Assembly (NCBI GenBank): GCA_044869795.1
Contig: JBIOXT010000191.1
Span: 1-33,574 of the forward strand
Source: a bacterium
GTDB taxonomy: Bacteria; Sysuimicrobiota; Sysuimicrobiia; Sysuimicrobiales; Kaftiobacteriaceae
Direction of reading: 5' to 3'
DNA: 33,574 bases
The translations under genes and the position numbers were made by a program. The notes beneath the pieces are model-generated. The model was not told where the DNA came from, ran no database searches, and saw only the letters and a list, made by a program, of their open reading frames with translations. Positions 29,010 to 33,574 of this stretch are shown piece after piece (position 1 is the first letter of the stretch; every line of letters begins with the position of its first letter).

Positions 29010-30281
29010 ATGCACGTCACCGTAGAGCCGGCCAGGAAGCTCATCGGCAGGATCCGCGTCCCCGGCGACAAGTCCATCTCGCACCGGGCGGCGATGATGG
29101 GTGGGATCGCCACCGGCATCACGCCGATCGCGAACTTCTTGTGGGCGGACGACTGCAGATCGACGCTGTCCTGTCTGCGGGCGTTGGGGGTGGGCATCGA
29201 TGAGCGGGATCGCGCCGTGGTCGTCCATGGACAGGGCCTCCGTCTGCGGCCGACCGCGGACATGCTCGACGCCGGCAATTCCGGGACGACGGCACGCCTG
29301 ATGGCGGGGCTGCTGGCCGGCCAGGATTTTGCCACCGAGATCACCGGTGACGAGTCGCTACGCTCGCGCCCGATGGAACGCGTCGCCGCTCCGCTGCGAT
29401 TGATGGGGGCAGCCGTGGAGACGTCCGCGACCGGCGGACTCCCGCTGCGCGTCCGTGGGGGGACCCTCCGCGGCATCACATATACGCTGCCGGTGGCCAG
29501 CGCCCAGGTGAAATCGGCCGTGTTGCTGGCCGGGCTGTACGCGGACGGGGAAACGACGGTGGTCGAACCGATGGCCACCCGCGATCACACGGAGAGAATG
29601 CTCGAGGTCTTTGGTGCGGAGGTGGATCGGCGGGGGGACCAGATCACCGTTGACCGCAGCACCCTGCGCGGTGTCCCGGTCATGGTGCCCGGGGACATCT
29701 CGTCCGCGGCATTCGTCCTTGCCGCCGCCGCCGCGCTGCCCGGGTCGGAAGTGACGGTCGCCGATGTGGGGCTCAACCCGACCCGCACGGGAGCCCTCGA
29801 CGTCCTGCGGGCGATGGGCGCTGAGGTGGACATCCGGCAGGAAGACGTCTGGGCGGGCGAGCCCGTCGGGACGGTCACCGTGCGCGGGCAGGGTCTGCGC
29901 GGCGTGGCGATCGGCGGCGCGATGGTCCCGGGGGTGATCGATGAACTGCCCGTCCTCTGCATTGCGGCAACGGCGGCTGCGGGATCGACCGAGATCAGCG
30001 GCGCAGCGGAATTGCGCGTGAAGGAGTCAGACCGGATCGGGGCGATCGCGACGGCGCTGAGAGTGCTCTCCGGAGAAGTCGAGGAGCGCCCGGACGGCTT
30101 GACGATCCACGGCAGCCGGCTGCGCGGGGGCGTGGTGAACGCTGCCGGTGATCACCGTCTCGCGATGGCCTTTTCCGTGGCGGGACTGCTCGCCTCCGCT
30201 CCGGTCACCGTCGAGGGCGCCGAGGTCGTCGCGGTATCCTTCCCAGGGTTCTTCGAGACCTTGGGGGAGGTCCGCGCGTGA
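29010..30281 (+). CDS. aroA: 3-phosphoshikimate 1-carboxyvinyltransferase (EPSP synthase)
   Basis: 423-aa ORF with VPGDKSISHRAAMMG, LDAGNSGTTARLMAGLLAG, LRSRPMERV, KESDRI and GDHRLAMAFSVAGL signatures. Confidence 0.95.
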   Translation: MHVTVEPARKLIGRIRVPGDKSISHRAAMMGGIATGITPIANFLWADDCRSTLSCLRALGVGIDERDRAVVVHGQGLRLRPTADMLDAGNSGTTARLMAGLLAGQDFATEITGDESLRSRPMERVAAPLRLMGAAVETSATGGLPLRVRGGTLRGITYTLPVASAQVKSAVLLAGLYADGETTVVEPMATRDHTERMLEVFGAEVDRRGDQITVDRSTLRGVPVMVPGDISSAAFVLAAAAALPGSEVTVADVGLNPTRTGALDVLRAMGAEVDIRQEDVWAGEPVGTVTVRGQGLRGVAIGGAMVPGVIDELPVLCIAATAAAGSTEISGAAELRVKESDRIGAIATALRVLSGEVEERPDGLTIHGSRLRGGVVNAAGDHRLAMAFSVAGLLASAPVTVEGAEVVAVSFPGFFETLGEVRA

Positions 30282-31219
30282 GCGTCCAGGAGAGCGCACA
30301 GCGCATCCGCGCCAACATCGAACGGGTGCTGGTGGGAAAGGGCGCGGTCATCGATCTCGCGCTGGTGGCGATGCTGTGCGAGGGTCATCTGCTGATCGAA
30401 GACGTCCCCGGCATCGGCAAAACCATGCTCGCGAAGACCCTGGCGCGCTCACTCGGCTGCGCGTTCCGACGCCTGCAGTGCACCCCCGACCTGCTGCCGA
30501 CCGACATCACCGGGGTCCTGTTCTTCAATCAGAAGAGCCAGGAGTTCGAGTTTCGCCCTGGACCGGTGTTCACCAACGTGCTGCTCGCCGACGAGATCAA
30601 CCGCGCGACGCCGCGGACGCAGGCCGCCCTGCTGGAGTGCATGGAGGAGCACCAGGTCACGCTGGAGACCGGGACGGTGCCGCTGCAGCGGCCGTTCATG
30701 GTGATCGCCACACAAAACCCGATCGAGCTCCAGGGGACGTTCCCGCTGCCGGAGGCGCAGTTGGACCGGTTTCTGCTGCAGCTGCCGGTGGGCTATCCGG
30801 GCGCGGACGATGAAGTGGAGATGCTGCGCCGGTTCCGCACGGAGAACCCGCTCGACGATCTGGGCACGGTCGCGGCGGCCGAAGAAGTCATCGCCCTGCA
30901 GCGGGCGGTGCGGGACGTGCACGTCAGCCCGGCGGTCGAAGGCTACATCGTCGAGATCGTGCGGGCCACGCGCGTGCATCCGGAGATCGACCTCGGGGCC
31001 AGCCCTCGGGGCAGCCTCGGACTGTATCGGACCTCACAGGCGCTGGCGGCCATCCGTGGGCGCGGCCATGTCCTCCCCGACGACGTCAAAGCGATGGCCC
31101 CCTACGTCCTGCCGCACCGGCTGATCACGACCGCCCAGGCGCGCCTGCGTGAGCGCGGCGCCCGCGAGATTGCGGACGAAATCCTCAGGTCGGTGGCGGC
31201 GCCGGTCGAAGCTGAATGA
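30278..31219 (+). CDS. moxR: MoxR-family AAA+ ATPase
   Basis: 313-aa ORF with Walker A (IEDVPGIGKTMLAKTLA), Walker B (VLLADEINRATPRTQAALLECMEE), and the MoxR-typical LDRFLL and ASPRGS motifs. The GTG start overlaps the aroA stop. Confidence 0.9.
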   Translation: MSVQESAQRIRANIERVLVGKGAVIDLALVAMLCEGHLLIEDVPGIGKTMLAKTLARSLGCAFRRLQCTPDLLPTDITGVLFFNQKSQEFEFRPGPVFTNVLLADEINRATPRTQAALLECMEEHQVTLETGTVPLQRPFMVIATQNPIELQGTFPLPEAQLDRFLLQLPVGYPGADDEVEMLRRFRTENPLDDLGTVAAAEEVIALQRAVRDVHVSPAVEGYIVEIVRATRVHPEIDLGASPRGSLGLYRTSQALAAIRGRGHVLPDDVKAMAPYVLPHRLITTAQARLRERGAREIADEILRSVAAPVEAE

Positions 31220-31316
31220 CGGGATAAGAGCGATAAGAGGGATAAGAGGGATAATGAGCAGTGCATCACGAGGGGTTCCGGTTATCCCCTTTATCCCCCT
31301 TATCCCTGTTATCCCG
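31220..31316. repeat. Inverted arrays of tandem 9-10-mers (GGGATAAGA-type x4, spacer, CTTATCCCC-type x4)
   Basis: Left arm, 31220-31257: CGGGATAAGAG, CGATAAGAG, GGATAAGAG, GGATAATGAG. Right arm, 31280-31316: GGTTATCCCC, TTTATCCCC, CTTATCCC, TGTTATCCCG. The outermost 8 nt (CGGGATAA / TTATCCCG) are perfectly complementary. The element fills the moxR / DUF58 gap and ends 5 nt before the ATG. Confidence 0.85.
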
Positions 31317-31321
31317 TAGTC

Positions 31322-32557
31322 ATGTACTCGCAGGGTTGGCTCGCCATCGGCTGGCTGCTGGTCATCGTCGGCGTCCTCACGCGGTCGGCGTTTGCGTTTC
31401 TGCTCGGGTTCGCGATCTTCCTCAGCGCCGGCGCGTCGTATCTGTGGGACCGGTACTGCCTGGCGCGTGTCGAGTACCGCCGCGCGTTCACGCCGCGCCG
31501 CGCCTTCTACGGGGAGACCGTGACCCTGACGATGGAGGTCACCAACCGCAAGCCGCTCCCGCTGGCCTGGCTGGAAGTGGTCGACGAGCTGCCGGAAGAA
31601 CTCGTGCCGCTGACCGGGCGGATCATCCCCAGCGTGCGCCAGCGCCGCCAGCACCTGGTCAACATGTTCACCATGCGCTGGTACGAGCGGGTGCGCCGGC
31701 GCTTCACGCTGCGGTGTGATGCACGGGGATTCTTCCCGCTGGGCCCCGCGCGGCTGCGTTCGGGCGACATCTTCGGATTTACCGTCCGCGGCAAGGACCT
31801 CGAGCACATTGACTACCTGCTCGTCTACCCCCGGGTCGTTCCACTCGCCGCCCTCGGACTGCCCGCCCTGCATCCGATCGGCGACGTGCCGATGCGCCAA
31901 CTGCTTGAAGATCCGACGCGGATCGCCGGCGTGCGGGCCTACGTATCCGGGGATCCACTGCGGCGGATCCACTGGAAGGCGACGGCGCGGGCCGGCGAGC
32001 TGCGGGCCAAGCAGTACGAGACGACCACCAGCCACCGGCTGGCGATCTTCTTGAACCTCGACACGCTGGGCCGCTGGGCCGAGTACCGCGGGTTCGTGCG
32101 TCCGCTGCTGGAATTGTTGATGGTCACCGCGGCGTCCGTCGCCAATTGGGCGGTGCAGAACGGCCACCTCATCGGGATGTACGCCAACGGGTATCTGCCC
32201 CAGGGTCTGCGCTGGGTCCGGATTCCGCCCGCCCCAGGCAGCCGGACGCTGTCGATGATCCTGGAGTCGCTGGCCAAGCTGTTTGCGACCCCGGTGATGC
32301 CGCTCGGGGATCTGCTCCAACTCGAGGCGCACACGCTGCCGTTTGGGACCACCGCGGTGGTCATCACGGCAGTCGTCGACTCCGCGCTGGCCGCCGGGAT
32401 TACCAGGTTCCAAGAGAGCGGCGGCGGCGTGGTCGTGATCGTGGTCGGCGACGAGGCCGCGGAGATCGATCTACCGGTGCCCACCTACCGTGTTCCGGCT
32501 GTCCGCGCCTGGCAGGCGATGGACGGCATCGATCTCCGGCGTGCGGGGTCGGCATGA
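31322..32557 (+). CDS. DUF58-domain protein (MoxR-associated, vWA-like fold), N-terminal membrane anchor
   Basis: 411-aa ORF with two N-terminal hydrophobic helices and the DUF58 signature RAYVSGDPLRRIHWKATARAGELRAKQYE. Confidence 0.85.
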   Translation: MYSQGWLAIGWLLVIVGVLTRSAFAFLLGFAIFLSAGASYLWDRYCLARVEYRRAFTPRRAFYGETVTLTMEVTNRKPLPLAWLEVVDELPEELVPLTGRIIPSVRQRRQHLVNMFTMRWYERVRRRFTLRCDARGFFPLGPARLRSGDIFGFTVRGKDLEHIDYLLVYPRVVPLAALGLPALHPIGDVPMRQLLEDPTRIAGVRAYVSGDPLRRIHWKATARAGELRAKQYETTTSHRLAIFLNLDTLGRWAEYRGFVRPLLELLMVTAASVANWAVQNGHLIGMYANGYLPQGLRWVRIPPAPGSRTLSMILESLAKLFATPVMPLGDLLQLEAHTLPFGTTAVVITAVVDSALAAGITRFQESGGGVVVIVVGDEAAEIDLPVPTYRVPAVRAWQAMDGIDLRRAGSA

Positions 32558-33574
32558 TCGCGGAGCGCCGTGGGTTCGGCTTGCTGCAGGCGGCGCTGCC
32601 GCTTGTCGCGGTCGTCATCGAATTCTGCTGGCTCTTTCCCTGGCTGCTGCTGCTGACCGGCATCCTGTACGGCCGCGCTCCGATGCCGCTGCTGCCGGCC
32701 TGGCCGGCGTTCCTGCTGCTGATGCTGGGGGCGGTCACCGTCCGGCGCGTCGCGACGACGGAATGGTCGCTGCGCGCCATCCGGGCCACGGGTGTGGGGA
32801 TCGGCCTGCTGGCCGGATTGCTTGCCGTAAAAGCAACGTACTATCCCGGATACCCGGTTGCCGACGTGCGCTGGGTCGCGGTGCTGCTGCGGGCGGCGCA
32901 CGACGCGCTGCCCGTCGTCCTGCCGCCGGTGGCGGCGGCCATCACGGCGGCGCTGCTGTGGTGGCGCGGGGTGGTGCTGGGGGAGCGCGAGTTCACCTAT
33001 TACGACATCGACCGGCTGTTCCGCAACGGGATCGGATGGAGCGTGTTCTACGTCGTGCTGTCCGCCATCTACCACGATACCGTCGGGTTCAGCCTTGCCG
33101 GCGATGCCCCGACCTACCTGCTGGCGTTCTTCTCGCTCAGCCTGATCGCGCTCGCGATCGCCCGCCTCGTCGATCTGTGGACGCAGGGCCAGACCGACGA
33201 GCAGCAGGCGCTGGCAATGAACCGGCACTGGCTGCTGCTGCTGCTCGGCGTTGTCGGACTGATTTTGTTGGCCGCCCTGCTGATCTCGGGAACGATGCCG
33301 GGCGATCTCCGTCCCACAGTTGTCCGGATCGTGGCGCCGCTGGGACCCGTGGCCGAAGTCGTCTTCTATGTCATCTTCGCGGTCGCGCTGGCCGTCGCGC
33401 GGATCATCCTCTACGTGCTGTCCCTCATCCCACGGCGGAGCCGGATTCTTCCGCCGCCGGTACAGACCGACCCGCTGGGCGACCTCCTCAAGCAGCTGCA
33501 GCAGTGGCAGGTGCACCCCGGGGTCGTAGTCAGCGAGCGGCGGTCGAGATCGATGCGCAGCACGTCGGCGACCA
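32554..33574 (+). CDS. Polytopic membrane protein, partial (probable transglutaminase/DUF3488-type partner of MoxR-DUF58)
   Basis: The ATG at 32554 overlaps the DUF58 stop (ATGA). My own translation (MIAERRGFGLLQAALPLVAVVIEFCWLFPWLLLLTGILYG...) stays open to the window end, with many hydrophobic helices and high GC3. It is absent from the ORF track because there is no stop in the window. The product name is inferred from operon context only. Confidence 0.5.
   Translation, partial: MIAERRGFGLLQAALPLVAVVIEFCWLFPWLLLLTGILYGRAPMPLLPAWPAFLLLMLGAVTVRRVATTEWSLRAIRATGVGIGLLAGLLAVKATYYPGYPVADVRWVAVLLRAAHDALPVVLPPVAAAITAALLWWRGVVLGEREFTYYDIDRLFRNGIGWSVFYVVLSAIYHDTVGFSLAGDAPTYLLAFFSLSLIALAIARLVDLWTQGQTDEQQALAMNRHWLLLLLGVVGLILLAALLISGTMPGDLRPTVVRIVAPLGPVAEVVFYVIFAVALAVARIILYVLSLIPRRSRILPPPVQTDPLGDLLKQLQQWQVHPGVVVSERRSRSMRSTSAT

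Noticed and set aside
33520-33574. Change of sequence character at the extreme 3' end of the window (...HPGVVVSERRSRSMRSTSAT) as a possible junction or frameshift.
   Set aside because: The frame stays open and the stretch is too short to judge. It is most simply a loop region of the truncated membrane protein.

Overview
This is a visibly high-GC bacterial chromosome segment centred on the replication origin. The minus-strand block (10-10465) runs gcvT, a phosphoribosyltransferase, an HD hydrolase, an HtrA-like protease, a LuxR-type response regulator, an ion channel, DinB, an RHH protein, parB (with an internal parS), parA, rsmG, jag, yidC, yidD, rnpA and rpmH. The plus-strand block (10906 to the end) runs a GHKL-ATPase/wHTH ORF, dnaA, dnaN, an S4-domain yaaA-like ORF, recF, a DUF721 (DciA-like) ORF, a DUF370 (remB-like) ORF and gyrB+gyrA. 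It continues with a mini M50 protease, a GNAT, an AlaX-type editing protein, a small HExxH protein and a near-complete shikimate/chorismate operon (aroE, aroC, aroK-aroB fusion, aroQ, aroH, aroA). It ends with moxR, a DUF58 gene and a partial polytopic membrane protein. The rpmH/dnaA/dnaN/yaaA/recF/remB/gyrB/gyrA order is Firmicutes-like. DnaA-box clusters lie both upstream (10536-10869) and downstream (13092-13140, plus an AT-rich unwinding stretch) of dnaA. I saw no rRNA, intact tRNA, CRISPR array or transposase. The items most worth a second look are these. (1) gyrB and gyrA read as one continuous 1463-codon ORF, because the expected gyrB stop position is TGG. (2) A membrane-anchored thioredoxin-fold gene inside the aro operon has its CxxC first cysteine replaced by an in-frame TGA followed by a hairpin, making it a candidate selenoprotein. 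(3) An uncharacterised GHKL-ATPase + winged-helix ORF sits between the main DnaA-box cluster and dnaA. (4) A family of about 100-bp intergenic elements is built from inverted arrays of tandem 9-10-mers, alongside heptamer microsatellites at gene junctions. (5) A conserved S4-domain ORF has no ATG/GTG/TTG start. All functional calls come from motif recognition in the translated ORFs; no database search was run.
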